Assembly (NCBI GenBank): GCA_012841935.1 | Contig: DUTS01000103.1 | Location: forward strand, 1 to 46,632 | Length of the DNA: 46,632 nt | Source: Clostridia bacterium | GTDB lineage: Bacteria > Bacillota > Peptococcia > DRI-13 > DTU073 | Direction of reading: 5' to 3' | In this document: piece after piece, positions 1 through 8,776 of the stretch | How positions within the stretch are numbered: position 1 is the stretch's first letter | How the letters are laid out: each line of letters begins with the position of its first letter | Translations under genes and position numbers: made by a program | Notes under the pieces: model-generated | What the model was told of the DNA's origin: nothing | What the model saw: the letters and a program-made list of their open reading frames with translations, nothing else | Database searches by the model: none

Positions 1-31
1 TTGCAAATTGCCCTATTGTATATTGCTTCAT
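1..31 (-). CDS. 5' end (10 codons, MKQYTIGQFA) of a leftward gene; the N-terminus resembles a MerR-family HTH regulator
   Basis: The reverse strand reads AGGAGGTGAcaaacaATG AAG CAA TAT ACA ATA GGG CAA TTT GCA. A strong SD lies 6 nt before the ATG (29-31). YTIGxFA is the usual start of MerR HTHs. The rest lies outside the window. Confidence 0.35.
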   Translation of the reverse strand, partial: MKQYTIGQFA

Positions 32-52
32 TGTTTGTCACCTCCTGCTAAT

Positions 53-81
53 AATATAACACAAAAGTTATAGTTTAGCAA
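53..81 (-). promoter_or_regulatory. sigma-A-type promoter for the MerR-like gene
   Basis: Minus strand: TTGCTA (76-81), 17-nt spacer, TGtTATATT extended -10 (53-58), about 20 nt upstream of the SD. Confidence 0.4.
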
Positions 82-467
82 GCGGGTTCTATAATATTTT
101 ATAGTTTCATGTCAACAGCCCCTCGCCCCTTGTTTAAAATAATTATTTTTTTAAATAATGATGTACTAATTTGAAAAAGATATGTATATAGAGCAATTTT
201 AATAAGATGCTACACAGAATATGCTAACACATTTTATTTGGAAAGTAAATTTTGAACTATCACTAGGCTATCCCTATAGTTCCTAAGGAAGATTGAAGGG
301 CAATACTATTAATTTTTTTTAACTAGTAAGCCGCATTCGCTCGCTTCATTTTTGCAAGCATGGCTGTATGACATGCTTTGTTCACTAGTATAGACGTTTT
401 ACCTCCTTTAATATATATAATATATACTAAATATTGTCAATAGTATACATTTTAGGAGGAATGTAAA

Positions 468-536
468 ATGGAATCTGATGATATTAAGACTTTGAATGTA
501 TTTCTAAGCATTACGGTTGGCAAATCTATAAAATAG
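468..536 (+). CDS. hypothetical 22-aa small ORF (MESDDIKTLNVFLSITVGKSIK)
   Basis: TAGGAGGAA SD lies 6 nt upstream of the ATG at 468. There is no recognisable family and it sits in an otherwise ORF-free gap. Confidence 0.2.
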   Translation: MESDDIKTLNVFLSITVGKSIK

Positions 537-686
537 TCAAAAAGGAGAATTTGAGCTTCATTAATGAAGTGATTTTATGTTAGAATTAAAAGTAGAGAAA
601 ATTTGTTTGCACATCTTGTAATTTGCCCCTTAAAAATTATTTAATACTCATTTTTTTTAAGAAATAAATAATAGGGATGAAAAATT

Positions 687-1142
687 ATGCGGATTCGTAA
701 TAAAAAAACAGAACGTGGTTTATGGGCAGCTGGAGAAAAAACAGTAGCAAAAAATAAGGCGGTTGCGGCTGCCCAGCATTCATTTAAAAATATTTTACAA
801 GAGGAAAGTTCACTTTATTGGCAGGAACGTTTACAGCTATTATTGGAGAATTTAGATCAGCTGGGTCAGCGATTATTAAAAACTTTTTCCATTGAGGATT
901 TATTAGTTTATAAACAATTACTTAGTAGTTTCCTAGATGAGGCTGTGGGGCAAATGTATGTTGTGAAAAAGGAAACTGGTTGGCTGCCATCTGGACGCCG
1001 TAAATTATATCAACGAGTGGAGCTATTGAATCAGGAAGTTGAAAAATTAACACAGTTAATTTTAGATGAACAAAAAGATTCAGTGCAATTAGTGGCTAAA
1101 TTAGATACTATCCGCGGTTTGTTGGTCGATTTGTATTCATGA
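687..1142 (+). CDS. yaaR: YaaR/DUF327 family protein
   Basis: 151-aa ORF directly upstream of holB, as in B. subtilis yaaR-holB-yaaT. Size and coiled, charged composition fit DUF327. Confidence 0.7.
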   Translation: MRIRNKKTERGLWAAGEKTVAKNKAVAAAQHSFKNILQEESSLYWQERLQLLLENLDQLGQRLLKTFSIEDLLVYKQLLSSFLDEAVGQMYVVKKETGWLPSGRRKLYQRVELLNQEVEKLTQLILDEQKDSVQLVAKLDTIRGLLVDLYS

Positions 1143-1157
1143 AGTAGGTGGTAAAAT

Positions 1158-2117
1158 TTGAGTTTTGCCGATATTTATGGTCAAAAAAGGGCTATTAATT
1201 TATTACAAGCTGATTTTAAACAGGGGCGAGTTGGCCATGCTTATTTATTTTATGGTCCGGCAGGTGTTGGCAAATGTAAAACCGCCGCGGTTTTCGCAAA
1301 GCTTTTAAACTGTGAGCAACCGAAAAATCTTGAGCCTTGTGGTTTTTGTACGGCTTGTCGTAAGTTTTCTACTGGTAATTTCCCGGATCTTGCTATTGTA
1401 GAACCAGTTGGTCAATCCCTTAAAATCGAACAAATACGTGCACTTCAAGAAAAAATTTATTTAAAATCGTATGAGGGGAAATATAAGGTTATAATTATTA
1501 AAGAGGCGGACTTAATGACTAATCAGGCAGCCAATAGTCTGCTTAAGATTTTGGAAGAACCACCGCAAAAAACTGTTTTTATTTTATTGGTTTCTGATTT
1601 AAGTAAATTACCGGTTACCATTTGTTCTCGCTGTCAATTATTAGCATTCACTTATCTTTCTGATGAGATTTTAAGTAAGCTTCTTCAGGAAAAAGGTGAA
1701 AGGTCAGCTGCAGTTTTATTGTTGGCACAAGGTTCAGTAACTAAGGCTAGACAAATAATGCAAGCTGATTTTGGGGATAAAATAGAGAAAAGGTTTGAAG
1801 TTTTACAAAAAAAAGGCTATTGGGAATGGCTGCTTTGGGCTAAGGAATTGGCCGAGGATGAGAATTTAAGTGAATTTATGTTGGAATGGTTATTGATTGT
1901 TTATCATCAGAGATTGCTTGAACTTACGGTGGAAGAAAGGGAATTAGGCAAAATTAGTCAGGCTGTGGTTAAAGGCTGTTTTAAGGCCTTAGAAGAAATT
2001 AATCAAACTATATTTTATTTGCGTAATAAAGGAAATCGTCGTTTGGCTTGGGAAGTGCTGTTTTTAAAATTAAGTAAAATTGAGCAAAGTGAAGGGGGGG
2101 TAGCCCTTTATGGTTGA
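1158..2117 (+). CDS. holB: DNA polymerase III delta' subunit
   Basis: GHAYLFYGPAGVGK P-loop-like motif, Cys-rich CEQP..CGFCTAC zinc module, SRC motif (CSRCQ). TTG start with AGGTGG SD. Synteny supports the call. Confidence 0.9.
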   Translation: MSFADIYGQKRAINLLQADFKQGRVGHAYLFYGPAGVGKCKTAAVFAKLLNCEQPKNLEPCGFCTACRKFSTGNFPDLAIVEPVGQSLKIEQIRALQEKIYLKSYEGKYKVIIIKEADLMTNQAANSLLKILEEPPQKTVFILLVSDLSKLPVTICSRCQLLAFTYLSDEILSKLLQEKGERSAAVLLLAQGSVTKARQIMQADFGDKIEKRFEVLQKKGYWEWLLWAKELAEDENLSEFMLEWLLIVYHQRLLELTVEERELGKISQAVVKGCFKALEEINQTIFYLRNKGNRRLAWEVLFLKLSKIEQSEGGVALYG

Positions 2118-2778
2118 AGTAGTAGGAGTAAGGTTTCGACCTGTAGGGAAAATTTATTATTTTGATCCAATCGATTTTGTATTACCTAAGGGTACACCGG
2201 TAATTGTGGAAACAGTTCGTGGTGCGGAATTAGGGGAAGTGATTATAGAGAAACGCAGTGTCCTGACAGAGGATGTTATTTTGCCGTTAAAAAAGGTGCT
2301 TAGAATTGCTACCGAAAAGGACTTGCAGGACCTTGAGGAAAATCGGGCCAAAGAAGATTGGGCTGCTGAAATTTGTTTGGAAAAAATTAAAAAACATGGT
2401 CTACCAATGCACCTAGTGGATGTCGAGTATAGTTTCGATGCCAGTAAAATAGTTTTTTATTTTACGGCAGACGGACGCGTAGATTTTAGGGAATTAGTCA
2501 AAGATTTAGCCTCTGTATTTCGAACCCGTATTGAACTTCGGCAAATTGGGGTCCGGGATGAAGCTAAATTTTTAGGAGGGCTTGGTTCCTGTGGTCGAGA
2601 ATTATGTTGTGCTACTTTTTTAGGTGATTTTGAACCAGTTTCTATTAGAATGGCCAAGGAGCAAAACTTATCATTAAATCCTTCCAAAATATCGGGAATT
2701 TGTGGTCGATTGATGTGTTGTTTAAATTATGAAAAGGTCTGTTATCAGGCTAAAGGAGAAACTGAAGAATCTAGTTAA
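2110..2778 (+). CDS. ricT: PSP1-domain protein YaaT/RicT (stage 0 sporulation / RNase Y regulator complex)
   Basis: PSP1 domain with C-terminal Cys cluster (GSCGRELCC...ICGRLMCCL). The start overlaps the holB stop by 8 nt. Synteny supports the call. Confidence 0.9.
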   Translation: MVEVVGVRFRPVGKIYYFDPIDFVLPKGTPVIVETVRGAELGEVIIEKRSVLTEDVILPLKKVLRIATEKDLQDLEENRAKEDWAAEICLEKIKKHGLPMHLVDVEYSFDASKIVFYFTADGRVDFRELVKDLASVFRTRIELRQIGVRDEAKFLGGLGSCGRELCCATFLGDFEPVSIRMAKEQNLSLNPSKISGICGRLMCCLNYEKVCYQAKGETEESS

Positions 2779-2799
2779 TTAGGAAGAGGTTGTTGTCAG

Positions 2800-3105
2800 A
2801 TGAAATTAACGGAACGTTTAATTGAATTAGAAGAAAAACAGCAGGCTTTATTAGCTGAAGTAACTGCCTTAAAAATGTTAGCTTTTACTTTAGAAGAAGA
2901 AAATGAACGTTTGAGACGTTTGTTATGTAGTTATACTGATGAGGATAAAGCAGCTGTGGAAAAAAATGTGGCTAAAATTCAGGGCCAAGGTTATGATAAC
3001 CTGCTTAAATTATATGAAGAGGGTTTTCATATTTGCCATCTGCATTTTGGGCAGGCCCGTCAAGAGGATTGTCTATTTTGTGTTGGTTTTTTACGTAAAT
3101 TATAA
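2800..3105 (+). CDS. yabA: DNA replication initiation control protein YabA
   Basis: N-terminal coiled coil plus C-terminal Zn motif HICHLHF...CLFC. Positioned after yaaT. Confidence 0.85.
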   Translation: MKLTERLIELEEKQQALLAEVTALKMLAFTLEEENERLRRLLCSYTDEDKAAVEKNVAKIQGQGYDNLLKLYEEGFHICHLHFGQARQEDCLFCVGFLRKL

Positions 3106-3117
3106 GGAGCGGTTGTT

Positions 3118-3972
3118 TTGGGAAAAAATAAAAAGGGTACCTTATTTTTGGTAGGTACACCTATCGGGAATTTACAAGATATAACCTTACGGGCTTTAGA
3201 AACATTACGAAAGGTTGCTTTAATTGCTGCTGAGGATACACGGCATACTCAAAAATTATTAAATCATTTTCAAATTAAAAAACCACTGACTAGTTATCAT
3301 GAACATAATAAAAATAGTAAAGGTCCCTATTTAATTGAAAAATTAAAATCCGGAATTGAACTTGCCTTGGTTTCAGACGCGGGTTTGCCGGGTATTTCCG
3401 ATCCAGGTGAGGAATTAGTAAAATTATGTGTGCAAAATGAAATCCCGGTGATGGTTATCCCTGGTCCCACAGCCTGCCTTACGGCTTTAGTAGCTTCGGG
3501 TTTGGATTGTGGTAGTTTTGTTTTTCTGGGATTTTTACCAGTACAAAAAAAAGCAAAAGAAGAATTGCTCCAAGAACTAAAATGGGAAAAACGCACTCTT
3601 ATTTTTTATATTGCTCCACATCATTTGTTAGCTACTTTAAAAACCCTAAAGGAATTTTTCGGGGAACGTAGGTGTTGTTTAGGTAGAGAATTGACCAAAA
3701 AATTTGAGGAATATCAATCTGGTTTTTTTGCTGATTTAATTAATTATTGGGAAAAACGTCCTCCCAGAGGGGAATTTACATTAATAGTTTCCGGGAGGGA
3801 AAATGTTTCTACACAGGAAATTACTCCTCAGGAAATTTGGGCAGTTTATTTGTTTTTTCGCCGTGAGGGGCTAAATCAAAAAGAAGCCTTACGGGAGGCC
3901 GCAAAGCTTCTAGGGGTTGCTAAACGTGAAATCTATAGGCTTGTTCATCAAAACAAAAATGGGGCTAAATAA
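3118..3972 (+). CDS. rsmI: 16S rRNA (cytidine1402-2'-O)-methyltransferase
   Basis: Tetrapyrrole-methylase fold motifs (LFLVGTPIGNLQDIT, AEDTR, SDAGLPGISDPG). TTG start 8 nt after AAGGAG. Confidence 0.9.
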   Translation: MGKNKKGTLFLVGTPIGNLQDITLRALETLRKVALIAAEDTRHTQKLLNHFQIKKPLTSYHEHNKNSKGPYLIEKLKSGIELALVSDAGLPGISDPGEELVKLCVQNEIPVMVIPGPTACLTALVASGLDCGSFVFLGFLPVQKKAKEELLQELKWEKRTLIFYIAPHHLLATLKTLKEFFGERRCCLGRELTKKFEEYQSGFFADLINYWEKRPPRGEFTLIVSGRENVSTQEITPQEIWAVYLFFRREGLNQKEALREAAKLLGVAKREIYRLVHQNKNGAK

Positions 3973-3977
3973 GCCCC
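3949..3977 (-). terminator. putative intrinsic terminator of abrB (inside the rsmI 3' end)
   Basis: Minus strand: GGGGC-ttattta-GCCCC followed by ATTTTTGTTTTG. The stem is short but all G:C. Confidence 0.4.
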
Positions 3978-3990
3978 CATTATGTATTAA

Positions 3991-4236
3991 TTATGCATTG
4001 GCAGACATGGCTTGTGCACATTCTTGGCAAACTAATTTGCCGCGGAAATATTGCACATTATCGGCACTACCACAAAAGACACAAGCTGGTTCATATTTTT
4101 TGAGAATAATTTTTTCTCGATCAACATAAATCTCCAGAGCGTCTTTTTCTTCGATACCTAAGGTTCGTCTTAATTCAATGGGAATGACAATACGTCCTAA
4201 TTCATCTACTTTTCTTACGATACCAGTTGACCGCAT
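3991..4236 (-). CDS. abrB: transition-state regulator AbrB (81 aa) with a Cys4 C-terminal tail
   Basis: MRSTGIVRKVDELGRIVIPIELRRTLGI is near-identical to the B. subtilis AbrB N-domain. ATG at 4236 lies 8 nt after AAAGGAG. The ORF-track TTG at 4260 lies inside the operator. Confidence 0.9.
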   Translation of the reverse strand: MRSTGIVRKVDELGRIVIPIELRRTLGIEEKDALEIYVDREKIILKKYEPACVFCGSADNVQYFRGKLVCQECAQAMSANA

Positions 4237-4252
4237 CTCAGCATCTCCTTTC

Positions 4253-4269
4253 TTCGTCAAAATTCGACA
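4253..4269 (-). promoter_or_regulatory. tandem Spo0A (0A) boxes
   Basis: The minus strand reads TGTCGAA ttt TGACGAA (consensus TGNCGAA), 10-bp phased, between the abrB -10 and the SD. Confidence 0.55.
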
Positions 4270-4284
4270 ATTGCACTCAGCTAA

Positions 4285-4313
4285 ATGATAACAATTATGC
4301 CATTAAAAGTCAA
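4285..4313 (-). promoter_or_regulatory. sigma-A-type abrB promoter
   Basis: Minus strand: TTGACT (4308-4313), 17 nt, TGtTATCAT (4285-4290). Confidence 0.5.
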
Positions 4314-4369
4314 TGCTAAATATATTTTTTATTAATAATTTTGAGATTACCTCTTTTCTTTTGGGCTGC

Positions 4370-4399
4370 TTGACAAGCCCTGAAAAGGTTGCTTATACT
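4370..4399 (+). promoter_or_regulatory. sigma-A-type metG promoter
   Basis: TTGACA (4370-4375), 18 nt, TATACT (4394-4399), 35 nt upstream of the ATG. Confidence 0.45.
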
Positions 4400-4434
4400 G
4401 TTTGTAAAATAGTGGATGAGGAAGTGCTATTAAA

Positions 4435-6321
4435 ATGGAAAAAGAAACATTTTATCTTACTACCCCAATTTATTATCCAAGTGCAGATTTACATATTGGT
4501 CATGCTTTAACAACTGTAATGGCCGATGCCTTGGTACGTTTCAAACGTTTACAAGGTTTTTCGACATATTTTTTAACTGGTTCAGATGAACATGGTTTAA
4601 AAATTGAGCAAAGTGCACGTGAAGCTGGAGAAGAACCACAGGAATATGTGGATAAAATTGTGGCTGGTTTTAAGGATTTATGGGAAAAATTAATGATTTC
4701 CTATGATGATTTTATTCGTACCACAGAAAAAAGACACCATCAGGTAGTACAAGCTTTATTTCGCAAAATATATGAACAAGGGGATATTTATCTTTCTACT
4801 TATGAAGGTTGGTATTGTACTCCTTGTGAAACCTTTTTTACACAAAGACAATTGCTTGCAGGCAATTTATGTCCAGATTGTCAGCGAGAAGTGGAATTAA
4901 TCAAAGAAGAGGCCTATTTTTTTAGGATGTCAAAATATGCTCAGCCTTTATTGGAGCATATCCGTGAAAACCCTGAATTTATTCAGCCCATCTCGCGGCG
5001 TAAGGAGATGATTAATTTTATTACTAGTGGGTTGGAGGATTTATGTGTTTCGCGGACAACTTTTCAATGGGGTATACCGGTGCCCTTTAATCAAAAACAC
5101 GTTATTTATGTTTGGTTTGACGCTTTAGTAAATTATATTAGTGCTTTAGGTTATAGCACTCGCGAAGATGAATTATTTCAAAAATACTGGCCAGCTGATT
5201 TGCATTTGGTAGGTAAAGATATTGTTCGATTTCATACTGTGATTTGGCCCACGATTTTGTTGGCAGCTGGTTTGCCTTTGCCGCGGCAAGTTTTTGGACA
5301 TGGTTGGTTATTATTGGATTCTGGGAAAATATCAAAATCAAAAGGGAATGTTGTTGATCCACTAGTTTTAATTGAAAAATATGGTGCAGATGCTGTCCGT
5401 TATTTTTTGTTACGTGAAATGCCTTATGGCTCAGATGGTTATTATGATGAGGCAAATTTAAGGCGAAGATTTAATACTGATTTGGCTAATGATTTTGGAA
5501 ATCTTGTTTCTCGGAGTATTGTTATGGTTGAAAAATATTTTGACGGTAAAATACCTATTCCTCAAGAACAGGATCTACTTGAACAGGAATTAGTGACCTT
5601 GGCTGCCCAAGTTACTAAAGAAGTAGCCCAATATTTTGATCGTTTGGATTTTGCTCGGGCTCTGGAACGGGTTAGTGATTTGGTAAAACGGGCTAATAAA
5701 TATATTGATGAAACTGAACCTTGGGCTTTGGCAAAAATGGAGAATAAAAAAGGTAAATTAGCTACAGTTTTGTATCATTTAGTAGAGGTGATTCGGCTGG
5801 TCAGCGTGCTTTTATCCCCGGTAATGCCGGCTTTGCCAGGGAAGGTTTTTGCACAACTTGGTTGGGAAGAACAGCCAGAACTTACGTGGGAAGATACCCA
5901 TTGGGGTAAAATTACGCCTGGGCAAAAAGTAGTAAGGGGCAAACCCCTTTTTCCGCGTTTGGAAATGAAACAGGAGAAGAAGGTTGAGAAATCTGTGCCG
6001 GAAATTAGTTTTCAGGAATTTGAAAAAATTGATTTGCGTGTAGCTGAAGTGATTACCTGCGAAAAAATAGAAAAAGCGGATAAGCTTTTGAAATTAACGG
6101 TAAAAATTGGTGAAAAAATAAAAACTATTGTTTCGGGAATTGCCCAAAACTATCAGCCTGAAGAATTAGTAGGTAGAAAGATTATTGTGGTTACTAATTT
6201 AAAACCGGTTAAATTGCGTGGGGTTTTATCGGAAGGAATGCTTTTGACAGCCTCCAATAAAGGGCGTTTGGAAGTATTAACCGTTTCGGAAGACTTTCCC
6301 GCGGGAAGTGAGGTTAATTAA
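4435..6321 (+). CDS. metG: methionine--tRNA ligase with C-terminal tRNA-binding (Trbp111/EMAP-like) domain
   Basis: Class I signatures: HIGH-type (DLHIGHAL) and KMSKS-type (KISKSKGN). Zn knuckle CTPCE...CPDC. C-terminal DLRVAEV...KLRGVLSEGML OB-fold. Confidence 0.95.
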   Translation: MEKETFYLTTPIYYPSADLHIGHALTTVMADALVRFKRLQGFSTYFLTGSDEHGLKIEQSAREAGEEPQEYVDKIVAGFKDLWEKLMISYDDFIRTTEKRHHQVVQALFRKIYEQGDIYLSTYEGWYCTPCETFFTQRQLLAGNLCPDCQREVELIKEEAYFFRMSKYAQPLLEHIRENPEFIQPISRRKEMINFITSGLEDLCVSRTTFQWGIPVPFNQKHVIYVWFDALVNYISALGYSTREDELFQKYWPADLHLVGKDIVRFHTVIWPTILLAAGLPLPRQVFGHGWLLLDSGKISKSKGNVVDPLVLIEKYGADAVRYFLLREMPYGSDGYYDEANLRRRFNTDLANDFGNLVSRSIVMVEKYFDGKIPIPQEQDLLEQELVTLAAQVTKEVAQYFDRLDFARALERVSDLVKRANKYIDETEPWALAKMENKKGKLATVLYHLVEVIRLVSVLLSPVMPALPGKVFAQLGWEEQPELTWEDTHWGKITPGQKVVRGKPLFPRLEMKQEKKVEKSVPEISFQEFEKIDLRVAEVITCEKIEKADKLLKLTVKIGEKIKTIVSGIAQNYQPEELVGRKIIVVTNLKPVKLRGVLSEGMLLTASNKGRLEVLTVSEDFPAGSEVN

Positions 6322-6325
6322 CTTA

Positions 6326-7102
6326 ATGTATTTTGATACTCATGCACATTTAGATGATTCGCGTTTTAAAAATGATCAGCAGGAAGTAATTGAGCGGGCC
6401 AAAACTTCTGGTGTTAATTTAATTATGAATATTGGCTGTAGTGAACCTTCTACGTGGTATAATCAAGCCTTGATTGCAAAATATGATTTTATTTATGCGG
6501 CGGTGGGTTTACATCCTCACGATGCACGTAATTATAATCAAGAAACTGCCGCTCAATTATTTGAATTAGCCCAAAGACCGCGTGTGCGGGCTATTGGTGA
6601 AGTAGGTTTGGATTATCATTATGATTTTTCACCACGCCCCCAACAGCAAAAGGTTTTTCGGGAAATGATTTCACTGGCTCGGGAATTGGGATTACCGTTA
6701 ATCATTCACTGCCGCCAAGCCCATCAGGACCTTTTGCAAATTCTTAAAAAAGAAAAAGGTAATCAGGTGGGTGGTGTTTTTCATTGTTATTCGGGCAGTT
6801 GGCCTTTGGCACAGGAAATAATTAAATTAGGTTTTAAGATTGCTTTAGGTGGTGTGGTTACTTTTCATAATGCCCGTAAGGCCGTGGAGGTGGCCCGTGA
6901 AATACCTTTGGAGCATTTATTATTGGAAACTGATTGTCCTTATTTAACTCCAGAGCCATATCGCGGCCAAAGGAATGAACCAGCTTATTTGGTTCAAGTT
7001 GCTAAAAAAATAGCCGCAATTAAAGGAATTACTGTGGCTGAAGTAGCTGAGGCTACGCGAATTAATGGAATGAGGCTGTTTGATATTGAAAAAACTACTT
7101 AA
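6326..7102 (+). CDS. tatD: TatD-family metal-dependent DNase/hydrolase (YabD)
   Basis: MYFDTHAHLDD start motif, EVGLDYHY, HCR, ETDCPYLTP. ATG 6326 is preferred over the GTG at 6308, which overlaps metG. Confidence 0.9.
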   Translation: MYFDTHAHLDDSRFKNDQQEVIERAKTSGVNLIMNIGCSEPSTWYNQALIAKYDFIYAAVGLHPHDARNYNQETAAQLFELAQRPRVRAIGEVGLDYHYDFSPRPQQQKVFREMISLARELGLPLIIHCRQAHQDLLQILKKEKGNQVGGVFHCYSGSWPLAQEIIKLGFKIALGGVVTFHNARKAVEVAREIPLEHLLLETDCPYLTPEPYRGQRNEPAYLVQVAKKIAAIKGITVAEVAEATRINGMRLFDIEKTT

Positions 7103-7913
7103 AAAACACAATTTTTATTATAAAAAAAAATGGGGTCAAAATTTTATTTTTGACTCCAATTTATTAGCCAAGATTGCTCGGGCTGCGGCAATAGTGCCTG
7201 GTGATAAGGTGATGGAAATTGGTGCTGGTATTGGTACCTTAACCCGAGAATTATTGACCAGTGGGGCCGAGGTTATCGCTATTGAAATTGATCCAGCTTT
7301 ATGTGTTCTTTTGGAAAAACTTATGGTAGATGAAGCGGTCGTGCTTATTCAAGGTGATGTTTTAAAATTAAATTTAACGGAATTGGCTGCTTGTTATGGT
7401 TGGCAGGGTGATTACAAGGTAGTAGCCAATTTGCCTTATTATCTTACCACTCCTTTGTTAATTAAATTATTGGAAGAGGCCATTAATAGTCAAATTATGG
7501 TTTTAATGATGCAAAAAGAGGTAGCCGCTAGGTTAAAGGCTAAACCCGGTACTAAGGCTTATGGGGCTCTTACTTTAAAGGTTCAGTATCATGCTTGTGT
7601 GGAAATTCTTTTTACTGTTCCCCGAGATGTTTTTCAACCAGTACCGCGGGTAGATTCCTGTTTGGTACATCTAAGGCGTAGGAAAAAACCGCCTGTTGAG
7701 GTAAGGGATGAACAGCTTCTTTTTAAAATTGTTAAAGCGGCCTTTGGTCAGCGGCGTAAAATATTACTTAATTCACTGTTAACTGTTGAACCTACTTTAA
7801 CTAAACCAAGATTGCACGACATATTATTAAAAGCCGCGATAAATCCTTCTCAAAGGGGGGAGGAATTGAGCCTGGAGCAATTTGCCGCTTTGGCAAATTG
7901 TTGGCAGGTATAA
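7080..7913 (+). CDS. rsmA: 16S rRNA (adenine1518/1519-N6)-dimethyltransferase
   Basis: KKWGQNFIFD start motif, SAM-binding EIGAGIGTLT, NLPYY motif. KsgA position in the synteny. Confidence 0.9.
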   Translation: MILKKLLKKHNFYYKKKWGQNFIFDSNLLAKIARAAAIVPGDKVMEIGAGIGTLTRELLTSGAEVIAIEIDPALCVLLEKLMVDEAVVLIQGDVLKLNLTELAACYGWQGDYKVVANLPYYLTTPLLIKLLEEAINSQIMVLMMQKEVAARLKAKPGTKAYGALTLKVQYHACVEILFTVPRDVFQPVPRVDSCLVHLRRRKKPPVEVRDEQLLFKIVKAAFGQRRKILLNSLLTVEPTLTKPRLHDILLKAAINPSQRGEELSLEQFAALANCWQV

Positions 7914-7923
7914 AAAAAGGAAA

Positions 7924-7957
7924 AACAGGGTACACTTACCCTGTTACTTTTTTTGGG
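7924..7957 (+). terminator. intrinsic terminator after rsmA
   Basis: AACAGGGTA-cact-TACCCTGTT followed by a T-run (7949-7955). Confidence 0.6.
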
Positions 7958-8060
7958 TTTTTTTACTACTAGAACCCATTAGGGGAACGATTTATAATAA
8001 CGGTGCGGCTGACAACTTACTACAAAAAAATGTATTTAAGTTGCCGGAGGAGGCGAAATA

Positions 8061-8663
8061 ATGAGTCGAAAATGTTGGTTAGTAGGTTTATGTTTGTTGT
8101 TGTTTTTAGTAGCTTGGCCTTTACAGGCGGCAGTAACTCATCAGGTACAAAAGGGGGATACATTATATAAGTTAAGTCGTCATTATGGGGTTTCCCTTGC
8201 AGAACTAAAGAGTGCCAATGGTTTAAAATCAGATTTAATATTCATTGGACAAGTATTAAGAATTCCCACTAAGGGGGGGATTCGAGTATCACGTGCTGGT
8301 AGAGTGTTTACTCAGGAGGATATTGATTGGCTGGCCCGCGTAGTTTATAGTGAGGCACGTGGGGAACCTTATGCTGGTCAGGTAGCGGTTGCTGCTGTTG
8401 TACTTAATCGTGTCTTTGATTCGGGATTTCCCAATACTGTTTGGGGTGTTATTTTTCAACCTTTGGCTTTTACCGCAGTTGCTGATGGTCAGATTAATTT
8501 AACACCAAATGCTACTGCTTATAAAGCTGCACGTGAGGCCTTAGTCGGGGTTGATCCCTCTGGGGGTGCCTTATATTATTGGAATCCGGTTAAAGCCACT
8601 AGTAAGTGGATTTGGTCGCGAACAATAATTAACAGAATCGGTAATCATGTTTTTGGGATTTGA
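8061..8663 (+). CDS. secreted LysM-domain cell-wall hydrolase of the SleB/CwlJ (Hydrolase_2) family
   Basis: Signal peptide, LysM (HQVQKGDTLYKLSRHYGVSLAELKSANGL...GQVLRIP), then ARVVYSEARGEPYAGQVAVAAVVLNR, typical of spore-cortex lytic enzymes. Confidence 0.8.
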   Translation: MSRKCWLVGLCLLLFLVAWPLQAAVTHQVQKGDTLYKLSRHYGVSLAELKSANGLKSDLIFIGQVLRIPTKGGIRVSRAGRVFTQEDIDWLARVVYSEARGEPYAGQVAVAAVVLNRVFDSGFPNTVWGVIFQPLAFTAVADGQINLTPNATAYKAAREALVGVDPSGGALYYWNPVKATSKWIWSRTIINRIGNHVFGI

Positions 8664-8678
8664 AATTATTTTAGCTGT

Positions 8679-8721
8679 AAAGCTCCCATTTCCTTGTTGT
8701 GGGGAAATGGGAGCTTTTTAA
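8679..8721 (+). terminator. intrinsic terminator
   Basis: 15-bp perfect stem AAAGCTCCCATTTCC / GGAAATGGGAGCTTT followed by TTAA. Confidence 0.7.
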
Positions 8722-8776
8722 TGGGGCTGGACTTAAAGGTTAATTTCCAGTATTCTTTTTACCAGGGGTGGTTGTA

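Noticed and set aside
395-412. ACCTCCTTTA resembling the 3' end of 16S rRNA
   Set aside because: Only the anti-SD decamer matches. No flanking rRNA sequence is present. It is simply the complement of a minus-strand Shine-Dalgarno site.
2157-2687. Minus-strand ORFs of 64 and 76 aa inside yaaT. Similar antisense or alternate-frame ORFs occur at 3327-3596, 5138-5455, 9553-9741, 10811-10993, 22852-23046, 27901-28269, 30562-30768, 32062-32325, 34687-35299, 36081-36756, 39062-39247, 40737-41701 and 45212-45427.
   Set aside because: All lie entirely within well-supported genes of recognisable families. They lack SD sequences and have low-complexity or odd composition typical of shadow frames in AT-rich DNA.
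4261-4434. Possible T-box or other leader upstream of metG
   Set aside because: Only about 35 nt separate the predicted -10 from the ATG. There is no specifier or T-box-like sequence and no terminator/antiterminator pair. The region is taken up by the divergent abrB and metG promoters.
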